A program made the translations under genes and the position numbers. From assembly GCA_030295235.1 (NCBI GenBank), contig AP026152.1, forward strand, positions 434,001 to 498,000: 64,000 nt of DNA. Direction: 5' to 3'. The notes beneath the pieces were generated by a model, which saw only the letters and a list, made by a program, of their open reading frames with translations, was not told the DNA's origin and did no database searches. The DNA comes from Fistulifera solaris. Its lineage: Eukaryota. Below, in pieces: positions 46,994-60,000 of the stretch (its first letter is position 1; the number at the start of each line of letters is the position of its first letter).

Positions 46994-49900
46994 CTAAGGA
47001 TTCCGACTTAACACTACGCCAGTCCCGGATAAGGAAACTCCTCGCACCGCCCTCATTCTTTTCATCCGATCATTGAAAACCTTAGCAACACTTATGAATT
47101 CCTCTTGCAATATTCTTTCAGACCGAATACTCGCTAAGATGAAGAAATGATATAAACAGTTTATGGCGGGTACGGTAGTTGAGATTGTGCATAGTTCCTT
47201 TACATAGCCAATCAAACCACTGCTTATTACTCCGTACGCTCTACAATTCATCGCGGCGTGCCTTTTTGACAAAGGTTGAGGGCTATTATTTTCAAGTGCC
47301 CGCTTCGTTTCATTGGTATCCATGGCGAGAAGATTTTCAGGTCGCAAATTCTTCTCCGAAAATGCGACAGCGCTAAAGGATCCCAAGGGTGTGATCTTCC
47401 CTCCCGTCCGAATTCCTTCTGGCGTATCCTGCAGACCAAGAGAATGAGCGGAGAGCACATAGTACGTCCGCAGCACGGAACTCAGAGACGCAGCGCCTTG
47501 CATTTTCGAGAGCTCCGTCTTCACAGAATCGGGTAAATTCTTGCAATTCTCCAAGTGCATTCTCTGAAACTCTCGAACTGATTCATAAATGCCGCTCACA
47601 GTCGAAGGGTATGCGACGGCACTCATGCACGCGGCGCCAGCGATCGCGCAATGGACGCATCGTATCCCGATTTGCCCCTCTTTGATATGATACTTTCTTT
47701 CCTTGGTAGCTACTCTCACATCCTCTTTCGATGCCGCAAACACCTCGATTTGTCGCCTTATAAAACAATCGGTATCCGACAGCCATTCCTTATCTTCTGG
47801 CATCGCCAACAAAACTCTAGATGATGGGGATGGAGGCCCGTCCTGTGTAGCAGCTTGCTTCAGCACCGTGGCAGCTTCGGCTCCGGGTCGTACTAATGGA
47901 AGGATGCTCTCGTCGCTGCTGCTGTTACTTTTGTCGGGGGACTCTTTAGCGGGGGAGACGTTCACCGTCAACATCGCCGCATTGCTTTTCGCAAAAGCAT
48001 TGAGCGGTCCCGTCAAAGCCTTCCTGTTCGCATCCATCAATTTAGGGTCATCATCGTGCAGTCGTCTCCACATGCGACGAAAGAAAACCTTTGAGATCCG
48101 CGGGGGAGACGTGACATCTGCTCTTTATGATTGTTCTTTAGTTCAAGCAGAGCATTCTTAACGTTCTCCGGACAGCGGCGGCATTTGATAACATGGGCCG
48201 GTATTTCAGCAAAACTGTTTGCTAACCGATCGACATCACTCCAAAAGAACTTTCTGGCATTTTTGCCTTCCACAGCGCAGTGCACGCATTCTAAACCACC
48301 GTAACCAATTTTGATGTTTTCCCGTTTGCCGCCTCGAGTTCTTCGGTCTGATTCAGTAAAACGCACCAAACGCAGTTGCTTCATGAGAAAGAAAAAGTAA
48401 TCCGTCAGCAATAACCGATCTTCATCCACGACGAGCCGTGCGGATTCCGGAAGCTCTCGTCCATGTACATCGACAACGCTCCTATCAATCTGCGAGAGAA
48501 GGTCGATTGCGCTGTCGTTTACGCCACCTTCCAAGCTTCTCCCACTCAGAGGCCTCGACACACGCTGCGGTTCATCCAAAACAACTCGTGACTCTGCCAA
48601 GTTTTGTTGATTTCCTTGAGGACCGAATCGATTTGGTGAAACGTTGCCCCATCCTAATTGCGGATTCGAAAAGCCAGCGTACGGATGCGAGAGATGTCCT
48701 GCGTGATCATAGTATGTGGGAACCGGCATTCCGTGCATGTGATTGTAACTTCGGCAAAGAGATAAGTGATAGTCGACGAAAGGCTTGATAGGTGGGACTT
48801 TGCTGGGAGTAGACCAGATATATTGATCGTCCCTGAGCGCAGGAGGGAGGTGATTGCAATATCGACAGACCCAGTCCCCGTTTCTCTCTTGCAAGAACGG
48901 CATCATGTGGTCTGGTCTTGCGACATTACGCATCTGCTGTTTGTCTTCGCCCGAGGCAACGGATCTATTCATTGACGACTCATCAAGTGGCATCGGTTCT
49001 AACTGGTCAAATCCATGTTCGCTCCGATCAAGTGGCGAATCGATCATCCCAATTGATGGATGAGACGAGTGATCGTCTTCGGGGAAATCGGAGTTTAGCG
49101 AGAAACGCCTCTGATACGATCGATACGTGGCTGGCTCATTTCGAAACTCCGCTTCTCGTCGCTTGAGTTCGGACGAAATTTCATTAAATGATCTCTCCGA
49201 ATTTAACATAATGCCGTTCCCGTCAGCGCTGGTAACAATTCCCAGTTGTTGACATCGGGTTATGCAAAAGTCTTGTAATACTTTTTGAAACACTTGTTCT
49301 TGAAGCCAATCTGGTGATGATTCGTCTCGGATGCGTTGTCGTTTTCTCTTGGATTGCTCCACAATAGTTTTGATGCCGGTCGGAGCCGATTCGCACGATG
49401 ACAGGTGATCTTGCGCCAGCTGACGAACACTCTTTCCCACTTCTTCGACTTGTTCCGGAATCGTAACCGCGCCGGGTATTATAGTGCCACGAGCACAAAA
49501 AGAACACCGTAGAGCCAACTGCCTTACAGATTGCGAGTCGAAACGAGGCAACGTAAATAGCTCCAAACTCTTACAAGCAGCAGCATCCGCTTCCTCCATG
49601 TAGCCTTTGTCTTCATTCATCCCCATTAGAGGAAACGACACTTTGTCTCCTCGAACGATATTTCGGGCCGGCATTTCCCGTTGCGGAGAATATCCCATGG
49701 GCTGGAAGTGATTCCCCATCGGATTGTATCCATCCATCATAGGTACAAACGGAAAAGTGGATTGAACAGATCGGTAAAACATTCTCCGGTGTTGACACAC
49801 GTGTTCATGATCTTGTGCGTCATGGAAGTTGCTGAACGGTGCCGTACAATAAACACAAGACCAAATACCCCGCATGTGATTTGGCATAGTACGATAATCA

Positions 49901-50025
49901 CCCTCTATCGCAGTCTTTCTCTTATTATTCGATGTAACACCAGCATCGGGCGACACGGAAATATTGGTGTGATGGGAATGAATAATGGATGCACCGATGG
50001 CGTGTTCCGCTACTGCCGCTACCAT
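46994..50025 (-). CDS. Large protein with repeated CxxC...H...C modules, putative Zn-binding regulator (frameshift ~48085; C-terminus uncertain)
   Basis: WSCVYC..HEHVC; LRCSFC...DHLSSC; WVCRYC...YHLSLC; GLECVHC...AHVIKCRRC; GIRCVHC...MHLENC. Confidence 0.7.
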
Positions 50026-50766
50026 CCAGTTCGACCGGGGGTCACTGCTCGACCCTCTTTCTTATCGTTACTTTTGTTTTTCGAGTGGAAGTCGATGCGG
50101 GTTGCTTTTTCGTTGCGTTGACTCTGTCTTACGACTAAAGACTGTTTTCATAACAACGACTGCATTCGGACGAAAGTGCTTCTCGGTGGATTTTGAATGC
50201 GAGCCAGCCGAGCCTTTGCGCTATCAAAATTCCTAAATAGGCCTTTCCCGGCGTCCGTTCGTGCGCTTGGAAGTAGAAAGACCTCTATAGTCAGTAGCTA
50301 AATTAGTCGTTGAGTCAGGTATGCCCCAACCAGAAACACCGAGCATCTCACATTTCGTGGGACTGCCTCTCGGCTTCTTGCGTGTTCCTCGGTTCGTCCA
50401 TTCTGACCCACTACGACGACAACCAGTACCGATGCGTCAACCGACTGCGATTGCAGCGATCGGAAGAGAGCTAAGGAGGTCAGTCAGTACCTGTTGCCTT
50501 TGTTTGCAAACGACATTCAACATCTAGTCGTCCCTCAATCAATCTTCTCTTTGTTGACACATCTTTTTTTTAAAAAATATGTACGTGTGTACTGGTAGCT
50601 TCGGTCTGTACTCTAGAAACAAAACGATTCATTGCAAGTCACTTTGTGCTCTACTTGGCTGATAATGTACTAGAATAACATGAATCAGATTGTCAAGCAG
50701 TACCTGGTACTGTTTTGTTGTTTAATAGAAAATCATTGTAGCTATCAGCGCAAGTATGCTTGAATA

Positions 50767-51483
50767 TTAATAGTTCGCTCCCAAGGGCATTGCGGCAGCC
50801 GCGTCTTGATCCTTGAGTTTCTGTCCTTTCACGCCGGTAGCAACAAAACTGAAGCTTTGGCCTGGTTGCCATCCTGCATCCACTGCTTCCTTCATTGACT
50901 TTTTCGTCAGCCATTCGGGTGCTACTTCGGCTGGTGCATCTGCCTTCTGTTTCGATTTCTTCGAACGTTTCGGTACTGGCGGAGGAAATGAGATACGTTC
51001 AATCGTCATTTCGCTTCGGGAGCTTTCAAAGGGTCGGATGTTGTTCTGTTGTAGCGCTTCGAGAACCGTTTCTCGGGCACACTCGTCCATGGTAAAGGCA
51101 CGGTACGTCGGTTCTAAATGCGGCGGAATCGTCCCGGGACGAAATCCCTGGAAACGCTGCTGCTTGGCGTCCGCGATAATCTTTTTGTAAATGGCTTGAC
51201 TAAATCGACCCAGATCCGCTTCCACGCCATCGATGGTGACAATCCATTCGGTTACCGAGCCTTCCACCAGCTGGATGGAACACCCTTGGATCGCTCCACC
51301 GGCCACGACATCGCCGGTCCATTCTTCGGCGCGCAAATAGACGTGATTACGGATTCCAGAAGTTCCCTTTTCAATTATTAATGTGCCTTTTGAATGATGC
51401 CGTCGTATGAATGGTTGTTGAGTGAACCCTTGCGCCGGAACTAGCACCGATAACGCAATGTAAATGTACGTCGGCAATTTCAT
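50767..51483 (-). CDS. Plastid-targeted protein with trigger-factor ribosome-binding (N-terminal) domain
   Basis: Signal peptide ...AQG-F; FQGFRPGTIP resembles the trigger-factor GFRxGxxP signature. Confidence 0.7.
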   Translation of the reverse strand: MKLPTYIYIALSVLVPAQGFTQQPFIRRHHSKGTLIIEKGTSGIRNHVYLRAEEWTGDVVAGGAIQGCSIQLVEGSVTEWIVTIDGVEADLGRFSQAIYKKIIADAKQQRFQGFRPGTIPPHLEPTYRAFTMDECARETVLEALQQNNIRPFESSRSEMTIERISFPPPVPKRSKKSKQKADAPAEVAPEWLTKKSMKEAVDAGWQPGQSFSFVATGVKGQKLKDQDAAAAMPLGANY

Positions 51484-52014
51484 TATTTATTTGGTGAAAC
51501 AATCAAAATCGTTCGACTTTTCAAAAGCGGCTACTGATGAGACGCAAATTGTCTACGACCTGCGCACTATAACCAAGGGAGCGAAGTGAATGCTGCAACG
51601 AGCACGAAAGAAGTTGTCAAATAATGAGTGTCACTCTCCTTCGCTGATTTATTTGTCATGGTGCGGTATGAATTTTTTGTTGTCGGCGGAAAGTCGCACT
51701 GTATAGCACATTGTGTCGACGACGTCTCGCCACGACTGAATTTCAGTCATGAGTATATGTCTTTTGGAAGTTATTACTTGTACAGTACTACGTATTTGTC
51801 ATTTATTATTATTGGACTATTTATCCATAGCCATTGAGAGAAACTACCTGGTACGTAATGAACGCTGTCAGTGGTTGACAATTATTTCCCAATTGAGCGC
51901 ACGTTATACGCAAATTGTTCAAGTCGGATGAATAGCAAAGCCAGTAGGAAAAATTACACGAAAACAGATACGTCAAACCATGACCCAATCATCTAACAAC
52001 AGTTATCCTCCTAG

Positions 52015-53487
52015 CTAGAGCCGACAGACATAGGAACTACTTTGCGTCACATATCGAACCCATCGATACGGAGTATATCCGACCATGTTCTCGGCCACAC
52101 GCAAATATCGCACTTGCAGATTCGACACATTGTACATGGGGATCTCAAAGCACATGTTGATGGGACCCATCTGCCTTCGGATCTGCGTTGTACACGGCTT
52201 ATTCAAAGTCACTTTGACTTTCATGGTTTGTTCGGCGCCGCCCGGGAACTTTTTCATCGTCCACACAATCTTGTGTTCGGCGGCCACATATTCGGCACTC
52301 GCGTGACCCGTCCCGGGCGCGTTGATCAAACTGCACGAGGCCGCGGCGACGACACCTTGAGGCATCGGCATTTCCACCAGGACATTGGCACCAAAGTGAT
52401 TGCTGGGCATTTCGGCACGGATCAATACGGTTATTTCTACCTTGGTGGGACTGACTTCGTCCATGGACGGGAAAATCCGGAACGGTGTCGGATATTCTCC
52501 CGTAATGCGATAATTTAAGACGACAAATTCCCCGTCGGGTGGAATAAAAGACAAAGTCCGGGCCGATTCAAATTCGTTCCGATTGACACAGTCGTTAAAG
52601 TTCATATCATCCACACAGACGGATCCGTATTTTCCCGAATGTTTTCCAATGACCAAATCTTCATTGAGCGCGAGACGCAATTCGGGATTGCCGGCCAAGT
52701 ACGATTTCATTTGAATGCAGCCATCGATGGTACTGTTCAGGACGTAGCCATTGTTGGAGAAGAGCACATTGAGTCTCTCCAATATATCGACAAAGATTTC
52801 ACTATTCTGTTGTCCCGTGGTTTTTCGGCCATTCGCACTGACCGAGGAAATGACCGGTTTGTGGACGGCCGCCGCCGACGCCGTCTTTGGGTTGACCATA
52901 TTGCCCGTCAACGGCACGGAATCCACGACGATGGGTTCATTGTACACGAATGACTTTAAATTTTCCGTGCGTGTGACCTGCGGATACCCGAAATCGATCA
53001 TTTCATCGAGCAATTCATAACAGAGAATGAAATTTTTCCGTAAAGCTTCTTCCGACAGTGTCCCGCAATAATCTTTGAATATCCGCGCAATTGTCGAGAG
53101 AAGCTGTTGGAAGGGGAGGTGAGAGAGAGGCGAAGATGTGTGATAGACACACAAAACGACACGTACCTCCAAGACAGTATTCGGAGACACATTTCGTGCT
53201 GACGAAGCCCCCAACACCAATCCATTGCGTCGAATGTGAAAATACGTCAAACCATCCGGCATGACAAAGACCGGCGGAGCGTCTCCCACCCGTTTCTTGT
53301 TTTCGAGAGAAGTTGTCGAAATATCTTCGGCATCTTCCGCCACGGACTTGGTATCATCCCAAAATTGGATTTTCCGAAAAAAGGCTTCCGTATGCGTCCG
53401 TTCGTGGGCGCCCATCTCGGACGAGCGATACTGTTTCGCGAGAATCGTGTCACCGCGCGGAGATAATACGAAAAAGTTGTGAATCAT
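52015..53487 (-). CDS. AP4M1: Adaptor complex medium chain, AP-4 mu type; in-frame intron 53104-53166
   Basis: FFVLSPRGD, KDYCGTLSEEALRKNFILCYELLDEMIDFGYPQ, EIFVDILE, MKSYLAGNPELRLALNEDL, IPPDGEF, PYRWVRYVTQSSSYVCRL. Confidence 0.9.
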   Translation of the reverse strand: MIHNFFVLSPRGDTILAKQYRSSEMGAHERTHTEAFFRKIQFWDDTKSVAEDAEDISTTSLENKKRVGDAPPVFVMPDGLTYFHIRRNGLVLGASSARNVSPNTVLEVRVVLCVYHTSSPLSHLPFQQLLSTIARIFKDYCGTLSEEALRKNFILCYELLDEMIDFGYPQVTRTENLKSFVYNEPIVVDSVPLTGNMVNPKTASAAAVHKPVISSVSANGRKTTGQQNSEIFVDILERLNVLFSNNGYVLNSTIDGCIQMKSYLAGNPELRLALNEDLVIGKHSGKYGSVCVDDMNFNDCVNRNEFESARTLSFIPPDGEFVVLNYRITGEYPTPFRIFPSMDEVSPTKVEITVLIRAEMPSNHFGANVLVEMPMPQGVVAAASCSLINAPGTGHASAEYVAAEHKIVWTMKKFPGGAEQTMKVKVTLNKPCTTQIRRQMGPINMCFEIPMYNVSNLQVRYLRVAENMVGYTPYRWVRYVTQSSSYVCRL

Positions 53488-54085
53488 GTCGTTGAGTTTT
53501 TGTTGTTCGTTTGCGTTGATGGCGAGCAGTGATTCCTTGCGAGCAATGACTTTTAGCAAAGGTGCGGTAACCACCAACGTGATGCCGATACGGGTGCGTT
53601 GGGTTGTAGTACGCAAAGTAAAGACGTTAGGATGACTTTTCGAAGCAATCCACGTAAATTCGGGTCTTTCGAGCGTATTCAATTGATACTAATTAGTGAT
53701 TGTATTGAGGAAAGGGAACGGCGATGGCCATGGTCCTTCGATGGTTGAAGCGTTGTTAGTTAGTTAGTTGTTTTGCAACGCACTCATCGCGTCGCGTGCT
53801 CGCTCGGAAGCTATGTACTATAGCTGTAACAGTACCTTACAACACATTCAACGTCTCCATTGTATTAATCCGAAACATTGCAAAGGTCACACCGTTATTA
53901 TCAAGATGCCCGTGTACTCCACTCCCGAGCGTGACTGAATCTTCGTGAAGCTTCCATGCTCATCTCCGTCCGCGACGACGACGACCATGGCCATTTTTAT
54001 AGGCACATCGACGCGATCCATAGGATCCTTCAAAAACACATTTCTTGATTTTTATACACATCAAATATATATTCACTAATATCAG

Positions 54086-55324
54086 ATGAGTTCCAGTAAT
54101 AAAGAAGCACTCGCGATCGAACATTGCGAACGCATGGCGCAACGACACCCCGATTTGGCGGCGGACTATTATCAACCCTTCCAACAATATTTGGAAACGA
54201 AACGCTGGCATCAATTGACCCTCAAAATCTTGGAGTTTGTTGAGGACCGGAAAAATGTACGCATCGATGAACAGGGACATTCATTTTTGACACTGTACGA
54301 TCAAGTCGTTCGTCCGTTCGATGCGAAATGGCATCCCTTGTCGTGGGCCCGCATTGCGGCGGCCGTCGCCGGAGCCCTCGCGGAACACGATCTGACCGCC
54401 GCAAAGGCGTTGCTGGAAGATTTAATTGCACAAAAAGAAACCTTAGGCACCGTCGCGACCATTTATGCACAATCGAAACATTCCTTATTGTGTTTGCAGA
54501 GTCTGCCCCTTGCGGCGGAAGGGGAACGCTCCACCGCACTGGACGCGATTCTGTCAGTGATTCGATCCAATTCGGCTGTTTTAAATGAATTACTGATCAG
54601 TGATCCGTTCGATCAAGCCATCGTGAATGCGGCACATTTGGAACAAGCCATGATGTATTACAAGATTGTCGGTCCGGCGGAAGCCTTTTACGAACAGGCC
54701 ATTCAATTTCTCCATTACGCTCCCACTCCATCGCCGGCAAGTAGTGTCAATTATCATCAATTGGCCGTTGACCTGTGTTTGGCGGCATTGACGGCGGATG
54801 GTGTCTACAATTTGGGTCAAGTCTTGGAAAGTGCTCCGAAACCATTGATTCTGTCTTTGCGGGACAGTCCCGAAGGGTGGTTGGTCGATTTGTTGCAAGC
54901 GTGTGCCGATGGCGATTTGACCCAATTCCAGCAATTGACGAAACAGCATGCGGACGCCATTCAACACCAACCGGCGTTGGTCCATCGTGCGACGGCCGTG
55001 CATGAAAAACTCACACTATTGGCGTTGGTCAAAATGGTATTTTCCAAACCCGCCCACGAACGAACGTTGTCCTTTGCGGAAATGGCCGGACAATTGATGG
55101 TGGCAGAAGATCAAGTCGAATGGATTCTCATGCGGGCGCTCAGTGTCAAATTAATTAAAGGATCCATCGATCAAGTGAATCAAACATTGCAAGTCACGTG
55201 GGTGTTGCCACGCGTTTTGAACCAAGAACAACTCGTGAGCCTGGCGGGACGCTATGGGGAATGGGCCGCCAAAGTCGGTCGCATACAAGAAAAAATTCAA
55301 GATCAAACCGTCACGTTTGCGTAA
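54086..55324 (+). CDS. RPN9: 26S proteasome regulatory subunit RPN9/PSMD13
   Basis: KRWHQLT, ALTADGVYNLGQVL, PCI domain RTLSFAEMA...VEWILMRALSVKLIKGSIDQV...VTWVLPRVL. Confidence 0.93.
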   Translation: MSSSNKEALAIEHCERMAQRHPDLAADYYQPFQQYLETKRWHQLTLKILEFVEDRKNVRIDEQGHSFLTLYDQVVRPFDAKWHPLSWARIAAAVAGALAEHDLTAAKALLEDLIAQKETLGTVATIYAQSKHSLLCLQSLPLAAEGERSTALDAILSVIRSNSAVLNELLISDPFDQAIVNAAHLEQAMMYYKIVGPAEAFYEQAIQFLHYAPTPSPASSVNYHQLAVDLCLAALTADGVYNLGQVLESAPKPLILSLRDSPEGWLVDLLQACADGDLTQFQQLTKQHADAIQHQPALVHRATAVHEKLTLLALVKMVFSKPAHERTLSFAEMAGQLMVAEDQVEWILMRALSVKLIKGSIDQVNQTLQVTWVLPRVLNQEQLVSLAGRYGEWAAKVGRIQEKIQDQTVTFA

Positions 55325-55376
55325 AACAAAGAAAGGGTAAATGATAGATACCGAATGAATAGCAATTATTTTACAA

Positions 55377-56612
55377 TCAGAAATGAACTGAATCTCTATA
55401 GAAAACTGGCCCCCGACGTGAGCGCATCTGTGTCGCCCAGTCGCTGGATAGAGGAACCAACTCCGTCCAGCCTCGACGATCCGCAGACTCCACATCAACA
55501 TTATCGTCGGGTATTCGCAATCCCATCCTTTCTTCTTCATCTTCGTCGGACCCTTGGGTTGAAACCGAACTATTTTCGTCATTGGATTCCGCCTCTTCCA
55601 TAAAAGGAACCCATTCTCCTTGATCATTTGGCACTAGTAGAGTACCATTCGCATTCCAAGCGACGCGATCAATCCAAGGTACCAGATCGTTTCCGTATTC
55701 GACACGCGCCGACAAGCAGGTCAAGACAACAAAAGCACCACAGAACGGGATATTCCAATACGGTTGGAGCAAAAATTCCGTATACCACCAAAATAAGCCT
55801 ACCAGACCTCCGGTCAGGGATTGCGGAGAAACAAGCATCAGTATCGAGATGCAGAGAAAGTAGGAAACGGAAGGTGATAGGAACTGCCAATTTTTTAGCC
55901 ACGGCAAAATTTGGGGCGCCACAAAAGGATATTGCAGATGAAAGATCAGTAACATCGTTGCCGTGAGAGTGGTGGGAGTCGTCGAAAGTGGCCGAACGAG
56001 TAGTTTCGTTCTTAAAGAAGCGAGGGGATCGGTCGCAGCGGAGGAAGAACGTGGTACAACTTGATCCAAACAACGAATCAAGATTTGATGGAGCGCCAGT
56101 TCTGTTACAGACGCCAAGATCCCCCAACTTAGTAATATTCTCGCATAATTCCATCGGGACTGATGTAGATTGTATTCTTCTTCGAGTGCCCGACACGACC
56201 AGACAATGTGACAATTGTACAATACGAGGGGAGCCGCACCCAAATGGGTCATCCAACGATCGATGCGCAGCAGGATATCTCGGATTTTATCAAAAGTAGC
56301 TCGATGGGATGATGATTCGTCGTCATGGCCCATTTCTATCACTCGATCGGATATTATTCTTTCTTCGTACGGATGATGGTTGTGGAAGAATCGGCAACTC
56401 TCGAAAAAGGACGTCGTGGGCACCGGATGCAACCATATAGTCATCCACAGTCGATGAAATCGTTTCCTTTCGATCACATTCCGATAATTGACTGTAACGG
56501 CTTCTCGTCGTTGATTCCATTGCCAGAGAAATAGGACGTGCCACACCATCACCGTGGACATGGAGATTGGCGAAATAATTTCCATTCTGGATGCGTCTAG
56601 CAATCTCTCCAT
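55377..56612 (-). CDS. Multi-pass membrane protein, rhomboid-like, probably catalytically inactive
   Basis: FHRLWMTIWLH and LYN..VWSCRALE resemble rhomboid-family loop motifs; several TM segments; no GxSG motif seen. Confidence 0.45.
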   Translation of the reverse strand: MERLLDASRMEIISPISMSTVMVWHVLFLWQWNQRREAVTVNYRNVIERKRFHRLWMTIWLHPVPTTSFFESCRFFHNHHPYEERIISDRVIEMGHDDESSSHRATFDKIRDILLRIDRWMTHLGAAPLVLYNCHIVWSCRALEEEYNLHQSRWNYARILLSWGILASVTELALHQILIRCLDQVVPRSSSAATDPLASLRTKLLVRPLSTTPTTLTATMLLIFHLQYPFVAPQILPWLKNWQFLSPSVSYFLCISILMLVSPQSLTGGLVGLFWWYTEFLLQPYWNIPFCGAFVVLTCLSARVEYGNDLVPWIDRVAWNANGTLLVPNDQGEWVPFMEEAESNDENSSVSTQGSDEDEEERMGLRIPDDNVDVESADRRGWTELVPLSSDWATQMRSRRGPVFYRDSVHF

Positions 56613-57078
56613 TCAAGCTGTGCTATGTCTTGTATTTGCTTTTGGGATTTTTATCCGTTGAATGATGAAAAGATAAATACGGCTCAAGTTGGTCTCCATG
56701 GTCACAACAGTCAACACAACAAAAATAATGTCAAAAATACGTCATGATCATTCATGACTAAAATGTAGGGCAGTCGCGTGTCGAAAAACGGACAGCACTT
56801 TGGGCGTACAGTAAACTATGAAGGACAAATAACGGTACGACTACCCGTTCAACTCTAACCTTAAAGCCGAAATGATTTTGTTGCGACGACCGCTGTTTTT
56901 TTTTGGATGCGGACGAGTTATTTTTTGTTGCGGCCTTATTGATGAATGAAACAATCTTTCAACTAAAATAATCTTCCAATTGATTACAAAACCATCTAGT
57001 TTATCGCTTCAGTCATTCTTTGTCAATCCTACCGCTCGAAGGAACAGTCGCAAGCAAACGCTTAAGTAAATCGAAAAA

Positions 57079-60000
57079 ATGGCCGAAACACCCGACGACA
57101 AGGAAAAGAAACGCAAGAAACAATACAAACGCATGGGAAAGATTCTGGCGGCCGCATGGGAATGGGATTCTTCCTTTCAAGATAAAGATAATGACAATGT
57201 GGAATGGTTGTGTTTAACGGATGTGGGTCAAAGTTTAGATCAAAAGGCGTACCGACTCGGTCGTCATGGATGGGAAGATTTTGCCCGCGACGTCGGTAGC
57301 GTCTACCATTGGCACATTCACAAGTAAGTAATTCCGCTCATTCTCAATTACTATTTCTCTGCTTGTGACACAATTTGTGGTCTTGTTGACAATGCATGCA
57401 GTGTGCGACCAAGCGCTTTGTTTTTCCTTACCTACTTCGCTAACAGCTGTCCCTTTGTTGCTTCGTCTTCAGAAAAACAGCGTTAGCTACCAAAGCGAAA
57501 TCCTGTATCAAGAAAGCCAAAGATGTCTTTGCGAAAGTGGACGAATCTCTGGCGAAGATCGTGACGGAGTACGTGCCGAAACCAGAGTCCACCAAGAAAC
57601 GGAAAACGGAAGATGCACATCATCATAGCCCGAACAAAAGAGCAAAGCCGCCAATAAAAACAGTGAACTGGCCGAACGGGAAGAACGAGCCATGGAACTG
57701 TTAGCTACATTCATTGAGGAACGACGGGGCCAGCGGTCGCAAGTATCGGGCTTCTCGGCACGGGTCACGCGCAAGTCGTCGGGCGGGAAATTTGATACGA
57801 ATTTTTTCAACGAAGCAGGTCGACGATTTCGTTCCATGCTCGAAGTGGGACGTTTTCTGGGTCTCGTCACCGATGAACGGTCGGCGGGTGTTCGCCGCAA
57901 GAGCGGAACGTCGTCTTCCCGCGAACAAGAAGCCGAGAAAAAGGCGATTCGGAAGGAGCTCGACAAATTACGAAAGACACTTCATAGGGCACAGAAAGCT
58001 TTGGATGATTTTGTTACGGAACGAAAGGACTCTGGACATCCGCAAGACAGCATGCAGCTCGCCGATGAAGATGACACTGCTGCTATGGATCAATCAGGTC
58101 TCCAACAATCGTCTGGCATGCCGAGTCGTATTGCTGCTGCGAGAACTCCCGACATTGAGCGCTTCCCCGGGCTTCCCGATGGTTGCATTCCGGACGTATT
58201 AATGACATGGAATTTTCTGTGTACATTCGAACGCGCCGTCAATCTTACACCGGTGAGCTTGGACGACTTTGTGGATGCTCTCACGTACATGCCTCCGGCG
58301 GGACAGATGGGTGATGATCTTCTGTCACCCCCGGTGTATTTAGCGGAAGCGCATTTGGGTCTTCTCAAGCTACTCTTAGAGGATCGGGCGAGTGACGACT
58401 GGTGGTGGAGCGTGTTGGAATCGGACGAGACGGACTTGCACGAAAATCTCAACGAAGACACGGAGACGGGACCAATGGTTCCTCCACCCATCAAGGTTGA
58501 CATGTTGGCACTTCTTCAGGAAGTAGAGGACCCTCTGATAACCACAAGCTGGCTATCCGCTCTGGAAGCCGCCTGTAGTGCCAACAGCAATGACAGAAAA
58601 CAATTTCGGGAATCTATAAAAACTACAATGAAACTCGTGACAAATAAGTGGGCCTTGGCGTTTTTGCGTAAAGCCTTAAGTCATGACAAAAGTTCGAATT
58701 GCGAATTTGCAAAGAAGGCTGCGAGGTGGCTTTGTCGAAGGTTCCGAGAGGCTCGTCCCGATCTAACAGATAGAACTGTCAAGAGCAACGATGCCATTAA
58801 GGCCCGCGAAAAAGTGGCGGAGGAAATAAGCAAGCTGATGGACGACTTGCCAGAATCCGTTCCGGTGGTTGGCAACGATGATATATCAGACACTGAATAC
58901 GACGACGACGATGATAGTGACGACGATTCTGACGATGAAGACGTTGACCAGGAGCATGTTGCAAACCCTAGCAGTTCCATAGATGACTCGCAAAAAGCAG
59001 CTAGTTCTATTCCACCGAAACCGCTTCCTACATTCGTGGATATGCTTTTACCTCCAGCCAAGCCAAACGCTTATGACGAATTTGTAAATGCTTTCTCTTG
59101 GCCCCATCTTGTTGGCGCAACTCTTCTACGAATATTGCATCGAAAAAGACGCATTTTAAATGAGGTTGACGACAGCCTACGCGATAAGAATCAGTGCAAC
59201 CCATTAGTCGCATCGGAACGCCGAGAAAGAGAGCGCATCGCTGTCGCTAGGGTGTTGACTGAATGCATTGAGAGTGTTGATCATGGATCGGTTTTCGAAA
59301 AATCGATTAATCATTTATGCAATGGTGGCAATTACATAACCTTATCCGCCCTCGAAAGGTTATGCATACTTCGAGGCCTCATTGAAGCTGCATACGACTC
59401 GGTGAAAGTCAATGATGTCGTCATTGGTAATTACAAGCAAAGAATGAGCGCAATGAAAGCTTTAGAAATGGAGCAGAGGCGAGCCAAAAAGGAAGCCAAG
59501 GAAAAAGCTGCCGCTGACGAAGCCGCTGCTCGAGAACAGCTTGCAGCGGAAGCCAGAGAAAAGTTCTTGGACGAAAAGCGAGAAGAAATTTTGAAGCTTA
59601 ATGAAAAATCGAAGGAATTTTCCGATGAAGTAATGGAATCTTTGACTGACGAGGATATAATCGAATTTGATGAGGATATTAAAGCAGATTACGATGCTTT
59701 GCCCAGTCCTGAGTCATTTAACAAGGCAGAAGTCAACGAGATGGTAAAACGTTTACAAGAAGCTGCAGCGTTTGATACCGAGTCTCTCCGTGTTGTTACA
59801 ATGGAGGAGCTTGTTGAACGTGAGAGGCTAGAACTGGAAGAAATGGAAGCTGGACTCTCCGGTTTAGGAGGCGAGGATGCTCTACATGATTTAGAGCTAG
59901 ATCGAGACACTTTCAGGTCCATAGAGCGGCTCGTGAGGGACATTGCTAAAGCGAAAGCTTTGTCTGAGAAACTTCCCGGTATGCGTGCTGTGGCTTTGGA

